A stretch of DNA of 64,000 bases from Eledone cirrhosa (lineage: Eukaryota). A program made the translations under genes and the position numbers. Below the pieces are notes generated by a model that searched no databases, had not been told where the DNA came from, and saw only the letters and a list, made by a program, of their open reading frames with translations. The stretch spans positions 122,140,001 through 122,204,000 of the forward strand of contig OZ024745.1 in NCBI GenBank assembly GCA_964016885.1, written 5' to 3'. Shown here in pieces: positions 40,213-52,670 of the stretch; the stretch's first letter is position 1; each line of letters starts with the position of its first letter.

Positions 40213-41153
40213 TATTGCTAAATCTCTCAAAATTCTGGATCCTTTTCAAAATGATTTGAAAATCATAAGCAGGGTCTTTAATTAAAAATATAACCAAAGG
40301 CATGATGATGATGATGATTATACCCCCCCCCCCCAAAAAAAAAGGTTGGTTTCCATAGTAATTCATACCTATTTAAAAAGAATTTTTTTTATTACATATC
40401 TTCTTTCTTTCATACAATTTGATGAATTCTTTTAATTTTCCTTCATTATCTTTTAATCTATTCCAAATTTTACCTTTCATCTCAAGTTGCTGAAGTTTTA
40501 GATATCTGACTCCTGCATTCTAGAACACATTTAATAAAATACTTAATCACATTTGTTTTAATTAAATAGTTCTATAAAGAAATATATAGATATATATAAG
40601 TGAATAGACTACGTAGCCGGTAAACCTTAAAGGGATGCAACACACATTGCTATAGCATTTCACCAGCCCCTTCTGTTGTCTGTATCTGTTTATATATTTA
40701 TGTGCAGTTGTGTGTGTATGTAACTAAAGCCTAGTATGAGGTAGTTAAACTACTCCTCTCTCTTTAACATGTTGTGACAGAATCACAGAAATTTATATAT
40801 ATATATATATATATGTGTGTGTCATGTCATATTGTGTAATTATCATATATGTCTATCATGTCTTATATTGATTTCATCTTGTTTTGGGAAGGAAAAACAT
40901 CAATATTTGAATTGGGAAGATTTAAAAGTAGAATTTATATTATATGAAGCAGTATATTTTGTGTGATGTATATTGATTTTACAGAATGCATTAAGATTCC
41001 TGTAATGTTGTGAGATCAATATTTTTTGGCCAGTGTACAATATGATAAGTAAAATTTCCTATTTGCAATGCTTGCCAAAAGGAAATTTTATGGAAATAAT
41101 TCTTTGCCTAGGAATGAGATTCTCATATCAAAATTTCATTCTGTAATTCATTA

Positions 41154-41526
41154 CAGGTTCACAAACTCTTATCCGGAAACCTTGAGACCAGACACTTTTC
41201 AGTATTCAGAATTTTTCGGATTTCAGAATGGAAGATTTTTAGCATAGATTTCTCACTGTTAACCATAAGGGAGTCTGCAGCTCTTTTTGACATTTTCACA
41301 GTCTTCAAAGTAAACAAAATCAGCAAAAAGTAAACAAACTTTCCTTGAGCAGCAGAGAAGTCGTGTATCTGACAGGTAGGAGCACTGAGACACAATTGCA
41401 TGACCTTGGTTGACTGTGGGTCGTTTTGGGTCAAGTTTGGTGCCAAACACGAGCTTTGGTGTGCAGATGATATCCTGGAAAAAAATGTTCGGTTTTCAGT
41501 GCTTTGGATAAAACATTGTGAACCTG
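41154..41526. mobile_element. pogo/Tigger-like MITE
   Basis: TA|CAGGTTCACAAACTCTTATCC ... GGATAAAACATTGTGAACCTG|TA. Confidence 0.75.
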
Positions 41527-42430
41527 TATAAGTACCACTGAACTAGTTGTAAAACTACTTTGTCAGTCTTTCTCCAGCCACATTGGACTAACTATTTCAA
41601 TATTAATTCTCCTCCTAACACTGTTGCCAACCTGCCTGAAATATTAAAGTGCTCATATTTTAATGTGATTAAAATGTCAACAAAGACCCTTGTTATTACA
41701 TACCACAGTAGAGTTCTATGAGTCTAATTACTATTAGTGGGGAATAATCTGTATCTATTTCACTCTCAGAAAAAGGGTGACAGCCTTGGTTTTTACCTTT
41801 GTTTTAAAAAGATCTGACATCCGATTAACTCACCAACAACTCTTTTTTCCAAAAACTGAGGTATGGAATGAGGGGGACCCTTGGAATTACAGATAAACAA
41901 TTTTCAGCCACTTAAATTTATAGAAAAGTACCCGCTGGGGATTGTGGAGAAATATTTGTTTTCCTAGTTTTTTCTGTGTGTTTTTAACTAATCTGACCTC
42001 CGACATGCTTGCAATCGCCTTCTTTTCCAAAAACAGAATTGGGGAGGGAGGAACTCACAGATTCTCTCAGCCTCAAAGATTTCTTCAGTGTGAATAACAG
42101 AGGCTTGAAGGGAGGGGGGGGGGGCACTTGGAGTAACAGATAACCACCTCTCAGCCGTTTAGATTTATATAACAGCAATCCCTTGATACTAAAGGACGTT
42201 TTGATAGTTCATCATTTTGTACTGTTGTGAAAAGCATTGTAATCTTAATTAATTCAGTGTTCCCCAATTTACAAATCCACAATTCCACTGAGAAGTGGCT
42301 GTGTGAAAGCACTATGCCCCCCCCCCCCCCCAAGACATCACAGTTAATGCCACCAACAAAATCTCTCACAAATGATCCCTGGCTGTAACCAGACCTATAA
42401 ATATATTAACAACAGGGGTGATGCTATCCA

Positions 42431-42945
42431 TTTACTGTTGAATTTCTCAACAATCTGGAACTGTCTGGTATGCTGCCACACCACCTTGAATTGAAGAAGG
42501 GGACAGTCATGATTCTTCTCAGAAACCTGGATCAGCCAAGATTGTTCAAGGGGACACGTATGATTGTGACTACAGCCTCACATTATCGAAGCCAAGGTTG
42601 TGCAAGGGGACAGGTATGATTGTGACTACAGCCTCACATTATCGAAGCCAAAATCCTCACTGGATGTGGTAAGGGAGACATCGTATTTATACCTAGAATA
42701 CTGCTAATACCAACAGATGTCCCCTTTCATTTCAAATGATTATATTTCCCTGTGAGTGTCAGTTATGCAATGACCATTAACAAGTCCCAACGTCAAACCC
42801 TGCAGCTTGTCTCCAACTAGAAGAGGGTTGTTTCTCACATGGTCCATTGTATGTAGGTTATTCTAGATTAGGAAGACCCCACAAACTCTTCATATATGCC
42901 CCAAAGAAAAAGGTTACAAACATTATATATACTGAAGTTTTGTAA
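42431..42945 (+). pseudogene. Helitron PIF1-family helicase C-terminal pseudogene; element 3' end CTAG at 43158
   Basis: TVEFLNNLELSGMLPHHLELKKGTVMILLRNLDQPRLFKGTR, HIIEAKILTGCGKGDIVFIPRI, YAMTINKSQRQTL, CFSHGPLYVGYSR; frameshifts, a stop and a 56-bp internal duplication. Confidence 0.9.
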
Positions 42946-43316
42946 ATGTTTCATAATTTCCGTAGAATACATTTTTCTGTTATTTTCTTTATTATTTTCT
43001 GTATTTAGATATTCTAAACGAACTTTTTCAATTATGTTACACAATATCTAAATAACCTTTAACAGCTTTTATTCTAATGAAAATGGACATTATGACAGAC
43101 AGTAGGTACCTTTATGAATTGATTTTAGCACAGTACAGACCAGGGCGGAGGCTGCTAGAATATATATATGTATGTATTATACACATACAGAATCATTTAT
43201 TATATATACACACACATATATATTTACTAATAATTGTTTCTTACCAATAATGTTCCATTAAAATAAACATAACATTAATATCCTTCCAAATAGTAACAAC
43301 AAAACACTGTTTACAG

Positions 43317-44028
43317 CAGAGGTTGCCAACCTTTCTGACCTCACAGACCACTAAATTTATAATTTTAAATCACATGAACCACTAATATGAATTTAAAAGA
43401 AAAGATAAATATATTTGTAAAATAATGATCAGAGAACTTCCATTTTATTAAACAATACTGAAGTGTATGTGTGTCATATTGTCAATAGATGATACATATG
43501 TGTAAAATAATGACCAGAGAACTTCCATTTTATTAAACAATACTGAAGTGTACGTGTGTCATATTGTCAATAGATGATATATATGTGTAAAATAATGATC
43601 AGAGAACTTCCATTTTATTAAACAATACTGAAGTGTATGTGTGTCATATTGTCAATAGATGATATATATGTGTAAAATAATGATCAGAGAACTTCCATTT
43701 TATTAAACAATACTGAAGTGTATGTGTGTCATATTGTCAATAGATGATATATAGGTGTAAAATAATGATCAGAGAACTTCCATTTTATTAAACAATACTG
43801 AAGTGTACGTGTGTCATATTGTCAATAGATGAAACATATGTGTAAAATTCTTTCATAAATGTTAGTTCTTTACTGAGGAGAAACATTTCTTAGGGGTGTT
43901 ATAAAATATATTTTAACCAAATATTATTTTTGTTTTATTATTAATATAACATAAAAATTGCAAATAATGTCAACATTTTTCTGCGGACCACCAAAATTTT
44001 CTCACAGACCACCAGTTAGCGACCAATG
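43317..44028. mobile_element. hAT-type non-autonomous element with an internal 85-bp x5 tandem array (43416-43848)
   Basis: CAGAGGTTGCCAAC ... GTTAGCGACCAATG; 8-bp target site duplication GTTTACAG/GTTTATAG. Confidence 0.75.
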
Positions 44029-45418
44029 GTTTATAGTATTCATATTATACGCTTTTTTGTTTTTGCTTTTGAATAGTTCCATCAAATCCTGGGAATTTCA
44101 GTTCCTGTTTAAACTTGTAGAAAAAAAAAAAAAAAAAAAAAAAAGTAACTAATATTTGTGGAAAAAAAATGTTATTCTTGTATTTTTTTATTTATTTATT
44201 TATTTGACTGTGGCCATGTTGGAGCACCACCTTGAATGGATTTAGTCAACCATATCGATACTAATGCTTACATTTTTCATGCCTGGTACTCATTTTCTTG
44301 ATCACTTTTTGTCAAACCATTAAGTCAGAAGACATATACACACACACACAAATACAACAGACTTATACATAGTTTTCATCTTGCAAATTACTCAACCCAA
44401 AGAAATAGTAATAAACACTTGCCTAAGGTCCCCCCCCCCCACCCACACACATACAAAAACAAAACAAAACAAAGATGTGTAGCATTTGCCTTTTTCTTTA
44501 AAATACCTTCACATTCATCAGACACACTGCCATGTAGGCATTATTAGCCAAAATCTTTGTAATTGGGTATTTCATCGATTTCACATTCATTTTTTATTCA
44601 TAGTTCACTTAGCATCATTTCGAATCAGCGACCTCTTGTGAATAAATGGCTTGCTTTGTTCATTATTTCTGCATCAACTAGTATTTTTAGTAGTCTCTCC
44701 TATGAGTCCAATTTCTTATTTCCTCTCTCTTAAAACATCAGAAATGCTTGATGTGAACAGACAGACGTTCTCATGAATATTATGAGCTGCTTCAAACGAC
44801 TGTGCTTAAGTGGATTTTTATCTTTGAGTTTTACACCGAAGTCATTTTGTTCCACATATTAGTTTTTATCAATGTTTGGCTGATATTCTAAGCACCAATC
44901 ATATCAATGTTTGATTATAATCCATTGCAGGATTGGATTGTCAATGCTATGTTTTCTGTTGCCATTTTATATAGTTGTCACTTATTCTCTTGATGCCCTT
45001 TGCATGTAAATGAGTGCATTTGACAACAAGAGCGAGCGAGAGACTATATTTATGCATGTGTGCGTTTATGCGTTGAAATGTCTGAGACCCCCAGCAGACA
45101 GCTGAAGAGGGGGATGTGTCCCTTGTTTGTGCATTCCTTTTATTTCTAAATACACTTTATCAAGTAACGAAACAGTCACTTGTTCCTTCTAAATTTATAT
45201 ATATATAAAAAATAAGACAGACTGTTTTATTTGTACATATTTATTTTATTATTGAATAAAACTGTCTCTCTTATTTAGTATACTAAAACTCCAAGTGGTT
45301 CCTTACGGAGAAAATCCTAAAGAATACAAATCGTAGAGTGCTTCACGTCTGTTTATGAAAAAGTCGGCAAGTTTTTAATCAACCAACTTTCATCAACTGA
45401 CTTATATATATATATAGA

Positions 45419-45667
45419 GGCACATGGCTTAGCGGTTAGAGCATTGGCCTTACAATCGAAAGGTTGTGAGTTCATTTCTCAGACCGGGTGATGTTGTTTC
45501 TTTGAGCAAGACACTTTATTTCACATTGCTCTAGTTTACTCAGCTGTAGAAATGAGATGATAGGGACTGGGGTCTATCATTCCACTGCAAAGTAGTTGTG
45601 GAGGTGCCACGGCAAAAAAAAGCACCCAACCCACACTGTAAATGAGGTTGGTGTTAGGAAGGGCATT
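45419..45667 (+). mobile_element. tRNA-derived SINE family 2 (CORE-like body, RTE-type tail), 3' end interrupted
   Basis: A-box TGGCTTAGCGG, B-box-like GAGTTCATTTC, CTTTGAGCAAGACACTT...CTGTAGAAATG. Confidence 0.8.
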
Positions 45668-45711
45668 CTTGAATGTTTGGTTGGTAGAGTCCATAACACC
45701 AATCAAACCCC

Positions 45712-45771
45712 TTTTATAGCTCTGACGAATCCTACGGTTACGTAAGGAAGAAACATTGTAAGCCAATAAAA
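45712..45771 (+). ncRNA. Type I hammerhead ribozyme
   Basis: TTTTATAGCT CTGACGA A-TCCT-ACG-GTTA-CGT-A-AGGA-A GAAA C-ATT-G TA AGCCAATAAAA. Confidence 0.75.
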
Positions 45772-46047
45772 ATCTTTTGATGTTGTAGACGCTCTTGTGT
45801 TCTTTATCATATATACGGCTCTGCTCCAAAGCATAGAGCTAATTATTATGCTGCCAATACCTTAATGGGACATGGGTATACAATACCTAACTCCTATTAA
45901 CCTAAGTATATATCTATATATATATATCTATATTAATAAGAGGAATTCCAACTTTGTCTGATTTACTCGTTTTATTTACAATCCTTTAAAATTTATAATG
46001 GTATTATAATGAAATAGTATAATGAAATAGTAATTCTAAGTGTTAAT

Positions 46048-46086
46048 TGAACAAGTACTTTCATGCTTTCGCAATCTTCAGGTTCA
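46048..46086 (-). ncRNA. Minimal hammerhead ribozyme (mirror copy)
   Basis: Exact reverse complement of 46144-46182. Confidence 0.75.
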
Positions 46087-46143
46087 TAATATGTGGTGAC
46101 AGTCAAGTTTGCAATTTTCAAACTTGACTGTCACCACATATTA

Positions 46144-46182
46144 TGAACCTGAAGATTGCGAAAGCATGAAAGTACTTGTTCA
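46144..46182 (+). ncRNA. Minimal 39-nt hammerhead ribozyme with palindromic stem III
   Basis: TGAAC CTGAAGA T-TGC-GAAA-GCA-T GAAA G-TA-C TT GTTCA. Confidence 0.75.
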
Positions 46183-46626
46183 ATTAACACTTAGAATTAC
46201 TATTTCATTATACTATTTCATTATAATACCATTATAAATTTTAAAGGATTGTAAATAAAACGAGTTGGAATTCCTCTTATTAATATAATCTTCTATACAC
46301 AATCATACACACCCATGTATATTTATCTATCTATCTATATATATACATATATCTATATATCTATATATCTATATATCTATCTATATATATCTATCTATAT
46401 ATATCTATCTATATATATATATCTATATATATATATCTATATATATATATCTATATATATATATCTATATATATATATCTATATATATCTATCTATATAT
46501 ATCTATCTATCTATCTATATCTATCTATATATATCTATCTATCTATATATATATATCTATCTATATATATATATCTATATATATATATCTATATATATAT
46601 ATATATATCTATATATATATATATAT

Positions 46627-47412
46627 GAAAAAGTATGACCCCGCCGGCAGAGCTCAAGCCGTTTCAAAGTAGTTAGTAAAACGTATTCGGCAAATTCTAT
46701 CTTAAAATAACAGGGGTGGGGGAACTGATGCTACAAGGTCCAATGGGCCACCCCTGTTATTTTAAGATAGTAAAACATATTCGGCCAATTCTAACTACTT
46801 ATAGCAGATGTGTTAAAACCCCCTTTAAGTTTGTATCTGTTTTGTAATTTCTATAAGTTTTTCCTATTCTCAACTTATTAACCTGTAATTGTAAGATAGC
46901 CTTGTGATTTCTTTATTCATTTCTCACTATCTAATTTTATATATTTTTTATTTTTTAAAATTTCTTTCTAGTATCTTTTACTGTCTCCTACTCTCTTTCG
47001 ATTTACCTATTCTATAACCACCCTCCCCCATTTCATACACTATCCTTAGAATCTGATGTATACATATCACTTTCAAAGCTTGACCGTTTCACTCCCCTAT
47101 TGTTCTACAGGCAAGTTCAGCTACCCCTACCTCCCACCAAATGCCATGATAGACTTATTTGTGTTTACAACAAATTTTAACCAATCCTCTTCACAACTAC
47201 AATCTTCCCATATAAGGAAGTACCCCCTTGAAAAGTTCGGCTATTTATTCACCAGGCTAAAATTTCTAATTTAGTCCAGAATTAGCCGTTGAATCGGCTT
47301 GAGCTCTGCCGTTGGGGGTCATACTTTTTCCTATTTCCCACTCTACTATCCTAAGTATTGAGTACTCTGGTGCGTTATGGTCCATTTGGTTCCTTACCAC
47401 AATTCCTTTGTT
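46627..47412 (+). mobile_element. pLTR-like element with inverted ends (46627-46667 vs 47289-47330) between (TA)n tracts
   Basis: GAAAAAGTATGACCCC..GGCAGAGCTCAAGCCG and its reverse complement; internal palindrome 46698-46770. Confidence 0.6.
47222..47319 (+). ncRNA. Degenerate hammerhead with a U3-A8 core variant
   Basis: ACCCCC TTGAAAA ..CGGCTA...TAGCCG.. GAAT CGGC-TTGAGCTCT-GCCG TT GGGGGT; the inverted copy retains GAAAC. Confidence 0.5.
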
Positions 47413-47450
47413 ATCTCTATATATATATATATCTATATATATATCTATAT

Positions 47451-48141
47451 ATACAAATATAAATTGGCGAGGATCGTATTTCGGCTATTGGAAATTAGCG
47501 AAAAACAACTTCCGAGATGTGTGGCAAGCGCTCCATAGAAGCTAGTGAACCAGAGCTACAACACAAGTTAAAAGGCCAAACACACTGAGACGATGGTTAA
47601 ACCATTATCCGCACAGCCATAGAAACGACCAAGTAATTCGGGTCAAACAAATAAAATATGATTGAAAATTATACCCGGACCCCTGGAAGGTTGGTAAAAT
47701 CCAGTATTTAGGTTTCTGCAACTCCTAAATCAGGTACTGTCTGCTTAGACAAATAATGTTAAGCTTTTGGTAAGATGATTGAACAAGGAAGTCACTTTCT
47801 CAACAGGCTTTTAGTTCAAGTGCCAAGCCAAGGACTGACCCTTATCAAAACCCACGTGGGGCTCGACAAGGGGGGGGGGGCAACCCTTAGTTTTGGCGGA
47901 TGAATTCAGTATGTGTGTTATTATTGCAAAATTGCAAAAATCACAAAACAAATTAAGTTCTCAACAGAATGGTTTTAAAATTAACAAAAGCTATACATCA
48001 GTCAATAGAATTAACTAAAAAAAATCAAGAAAATTAACTGGTCAATAGCTAGACTCTGGAGATTAATACAAATTTAAATTAGCGAGAATCGTATTTTGGC
48101 TATTGGAAATTAGCGAAAAACAACTTCCGAGATGTGTGGCA
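47451..48141. mobile_element. ~690-bp element with ~75-bp direct terminal repeats, inserted in (TA)n
   Basis: TACAAAT.TAAATT.GCGAG.ATCGTATTT.GGCTATTGGAAATTAGCG...GATGTGTGGCA at both ends. Confidence 0.65.
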
Positions 48142-48162
48142 TATATATCTATATATATATCT

Positions 48163-48199
<37 letters not shown>

Positions 48200-48244
48200 G
48201 TGACGAAACATAAGTCAATTGCATGAACTCATAATCCTTTATTT

Positions 48245-48300
48245 ACTGCTATATATATTTCGATGATAGCCATTGAATGGCTATGACCTCATCAGGCAGT
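48245..48300 (-). ncRNA. Minimal type I hammerhead ribozyme
   Basis: rc: ACTGC CTGATGA GGTC-ATAGCCAT-TCA-ATGGCTAT-CATC GAAA T-ATAT-A TA GCAGT. Confidence 0.85.
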
Positions 48301-48520
48301 TAGTCAGTTCTTAGATATGTCAGCTCTGTGTTTATAGTGTTGATGGTATCAGAGCCTTGGGGCATATATATATATCTCTATATATATATGCAAAAGTTCT
48401 ATTTAAAATTGTTGGGATACAACAAGTAAATATTTTTATAACTGATATAAAGCACTCGACAAATATTTGGAGTAGATATACGATATTAATAAATGGAAAT
48501 TATATTTATAAAACCATATT

Positions 48521-48585
48521 TATTTCATTATACATATTTCAGGGATACCAAATTAAATCATGGTATGCCTTCATCAGACAAAATA
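48521..48585 (-). ncRNA. Hammerhead ribozyme (mirror copy)
   Basis: Exact reverse complement of 48654-48718. Confidence 0.8.
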
Positions 48586-48653
48586 CAATATATAACAGTT
48601 TTACAAATAAGCTTTGGTACGTCAAAGCTTATTTGTAAAACTGTTATATATTG

Positions 48654-48718
48654 TATTTTGTCTGATGAAGGCATACCATGATTTAATTTGGTATCCCTGA
48701 AATATGTATAATGAAATA
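48654..48718 (+). ncRNA. Type I hammerhead ribozyme
   Basis: TATTTTGT CTGATGA AGGCATACCA-TGATTTAATT-TGGTATCCCT GAAA T-ATGT-A TA ATGAAATA. Confidence 0.8.
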
Positions 48719-49301
48719 AATATGGTTTTATAAATATAATTTCCATTTATTAATATCGTATCTCTCTATATATATATATAGCCAAACCCATGCAAGCGTG
48801 GAATATGGACGTTAAACGATGATGATGATGATATCTATCTATATATATATATATATATCTATATATATATATATATATATCTATATATCTATATATATCT
48901 ATCTATATATATCTATATATATATCTATATATATCTATATATATCTATCTATCTATATATATCTATCTATATCTATCTATCTATATCTATCTATATATAT
49001 CTATCTATATATAGCTATCTATATATCTATCTATCTATATATATCTATCTATATATATCTATCTATATATATCTATCTATATATATCTATCTATCTATAT
49101 ATAGCTATCTATATATATCTATCTATATATATCTATCTATATATAGCTATCTATATATATCTATCTATATATATATCTATCTATATATATATCTATCTAT
49201 ATATAGCTATCTATATATAGCTATCTATATATAGCTATCTATATATAGCTATCTATATATAGCTATCTATATATAGCTATCTATATATAGCTATCTATCT
49301 A

Positions 49302-49350
<49 letters not shown>

Positions 49351-50073
49351 TATATATATATGAAAATGTGAACATCCCAAATGCAGAAAATATCTAATAA
49401 CATCCTGTAACTATCAATAATCATTTCAACTACCTAAGATTAGCCATCACCACTTGTTCCTGTGTTTCCCTTAGGTTTCCTCTTCCTCAGACTCCATCTA
49501 CTTGGATTGACTTTCTTCATCCATCCATCATCACTGCAAGTGATTCCACTAATGCTCATATTTTCTCTAAATCCACCTTTACTGTCAGTCAAGCATGTTG
49601 ACATTACACATCCACATTTTACTTTATTAACATTCCTCTTAATCAGTTTTGCTAGAAAGAAAAGAAAGTAAAAAAAATAAAGCCAAATCTATATTGCTGA
49701 TATTTGATACAGCTGCAGTGGTGTTGGTTTGGCATTCCTCAATATTAAAATGGATAGTTACCTCAATTATACTATACAGAATGTTAGTACTGACTCACTA
49801 ACTGATGCAACCCATTTATAATTCAACGAGGTCTCCAGGTGTTTTCTTCATTTGTATTCTTGATTTAAACCTCAGAATGGGATGGGGGCAAAATGTATAT
49901 ACGTATCTATCTACGTATATACGTATCTATCTAACCCCCCCCCCCCTCTTTCTCTCCCTCCTAAATTACAGAAATCAAGAGATAGGTTCCAGCAGAAAAT
50001 ATCATGACAACAGACTACCACAGCACAACTGAATTACATTAATTATAATTTAACAGCTTCAGAGCTTCCTGCT

Positions 50074-50378
50074 AACTCTTAACATCCTAAAAACATGCTT
50101 GTTAATCTTTAGCACACTGAATGTTTTTATGAATTGTTTCCCTTGACACAGCATTATGTATTAATGGTTGATTACTCTATTGGCGACATAAGGCGCCTAG
50201 AATGCGCTGAAGGTTAATTCAAATATCTATAGCATCTTTACTAGTGAACAGATTGTTGTGAAAATTTGCAGTATTCGAGTAAAGATCTCGATTTTTAATA
50301 TGATGCAGTCAGTGTGCTATTCAGGAATACCTTGAAAATGCAGTTTGATGTGGTACAAAACGTTAAGATTTAAGTTAA
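50074..50378 (+). mobile_element. MITE-C (50102-50217) nested at a TTAA in repeat family D
   Basis: The right flank matches 39572-39746; the insert matches 2704-2810. Confidence 0.55.
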
Positions 50379-50471
50379 ATTAAGATTATGGATATGTATG
50401 TGTACTGTTGCAGAGAGTAGCCAAGACAAACTTTGAACGATTCAGAAATATTTACAGTCAACAATAGAAAG

Positions 50472-50474
50472 TAC

Positions 50475-50506
<32 letters not shown>

Positions 50507-50855
50507 TCATCACCACCATCACCACCACCACCACCACCACCACCACCACCACTACTACTATTACCACTTCTACTACCACCACCACCACTACTACTACCAC
50601 TACTACTACCACTACTACTACCACTACTACTACCACCACTACTACTACCACCACTACTACCACCACCACCACCACCACTACTACCACCACCACTACTACC
50701 ACCACTAGTAATACCACCACCACTAGTAATACCACCACCACTAGTACTACCACCACCACTACTATTACTACCACCACCACTACTATTACTACCACCACCA
50801 CTACTACTATTACTACCACCACCACTACTACTATTACTACCACCACCACTACTAT

Positions 50856-50888
<33 letters not shown>

Positions 50889-50907
50889 CATCACTACTAC
50901 TACTACT
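50472..50907. repeat. (TAC/CAC)n trinucleotide tract
   Basis: Direct reading; explains the poly-H/Y and poly-V ORFs. Confidence 0.95.
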
Positions 50908-51859
50908 CTTCCTCTGTTCCCATCTTGAAACATTCAGCTATTGTTGCCTCTCTTTAAGTTACAACATAATTTCCCCTTCACCAATTGAAGATATTTCTGT
51001 TTCACTCCTTACCTATATAAGAGTTTCAGTAAATCACCCCCATCTATAAATGTATTCTGTTGGCATACCAGCAATAAATAAATTGTTTTGCTCTATTACA
51101 AACAACAAAATCTACTACTAAATTGCACAACACCTTTGTTTCCATAAGTATGTGAACACTTTAAAAATATATGTTGTTGCTTTATCGAGAAAACTCTTTT
51201 AATAAATCTGGAAACTGAAGTTAAGAAATGTGAGGTTTTTACATTACACTGAAGACATACATTGTCGTTTTAATATCGGCTTTCTCTACTAGCAAGTCAG
51301 TATTAAAATGGAGCTACTGACTTCCCAGACATGCTAGGGGTCTGCTATCTCATGTATAGTCTCATGTTCTACCAAGTGCACAGGAGAGGTTGTCATATTG
51401 GTGATGGATGGCAGAATCTGTGAGTCAAACAAAAATACTTTGGTCACATTCAACACTCAGGTGTACATCAGTCTAAAATGACTTGAAAATATAAAATATG
51501 AACCTTTACCACTGAGGGGTAAACAGTAAAACTGCCTGCCTAACACTTGTTGTACTCCACTTACCATAACACTAGCAGCCCACCACAATTATTTACTGTT
51601 GAATCTCATATTTGTTAAGTCTATTTAACATGATATTTAAGAATGGCAAGCACATCTAGGGCTGAGGCGATTGTACTGCCTTATTGGAGGGGGGGGGGGT
51701 CTTATCCAGCGAATATAGGCCTAAACCTGAATTACACCCCAGAATTTTAGGGGTCGATCTATGCGCTAGATCGACTTGTACGCCGGCATATATATATAAT
51801 TTGATTTTAGAATTAACTAGTTTCTAAAACTAGTTTTGGATCTTTGTTTAGCTAAAATT

Positions 51860-52036
51860 AATAATTGTTTCTACTTTTAGCAATTATCCCAGTGTATTAC
51901 TGGTACTTTATTTTATCGACCCCGTAAGGATGAAAGGCAAAGTTAACCTCGGCGGGATTTGAACTCAGACCGTAAAGGGCCGTAACTCTTTGCTGCAAAG
52001 CATGGCGTCCGACCCTCTACTGGTACTGCCAATCCA
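51860..52036 (-). mobile_element. SINE family 1
   Basis: Reverse complement of the consensus. Confidence 0.9.
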
Positions 52037-52670
52037 GTAAAATTAATAATATCAATATTAAGCTTCTATGTGTGATAATACCAAATAATTGGTATTAAAT
52101 TAACTGTGGAAATTGCCAACACTTTTAGTTTTAAGATTTGATTATAATATGCCATTAGTGAAAGCAAAACAATAGCATCAACAACAACAAAAACAAAGAA
52201 AGAAGAAAAAGTGATAGATAATTAAAAGATTTCTATTGATTATATTTCCAGTCTGCCTCCAATCACACGGTACATGTTTAAAGGGAAACTGTATAGCAGC
52301 AACTTTTAGTTTAATTGATAATTTACCTTTGATCTGTTTTCAGATATATTTTTTTGTTTTAGCTTGGAAAAAGAAATTATTTTGCATAATTATTGTCAAA
52401 AAAACTAAAATGGAAGATTAAAAATTGTAATTTTAATGATAAAATATTAATGATTTCTTTTATATACAAGAACAATAGATGTGGTGACAATAGAAGGAAA
52501 ACTTGCAAAAAATGTGGGAATTTATGCAGAATCAATTATGATAAACAAAACAAAGGCAAAAACAGTAAGGCATTGGAAATAATAATATATATAAAGAATG
52601 GAATGAGATAGACAATAGAGAGACAGCCATTTACGGTTAATCAGCTAGAGATTCAGGAATATTTTGATGA

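Larger units (their letters stand above)
45929..46318. mobile_element. pLTR palindrome (perfect arms 45965-46111 / 46119-46265) between TA-rich microsatellites
   Basis: Direct reading; 7-nt spacer CAATTTT. Confidence 0.8.
48388..48761. mobile_element. pLTR palindrome (perfect ~139-bp arms, 48478-48761) plus tail
   Basis: Spacer GTACGT; bounded by TA-rich microsatellite. Confidence 0.8.

Noticed and set aside
43865-43900. CTGAGGAGAAAC core-like string
   Set aside because: No stem II and no valid stem III or cleavage triplet
45095-45185. CTGAAGA ... GAAACAGTC possible hammerhead
   Set aside because: Stem II and stem I could not be closed convincingly; left unresolved
45419-45490. tRNA gene
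   Set aside because: A/B boxes are present but the cloverleaf is incomplete and continues into a SINE body
50433-50933. Poly-His/Tyr and poly-Val ORFs
   Set aside because: Trinucleotide repeat with no splice or coding context; a cephalopod His-rich structural protein exon is not supported
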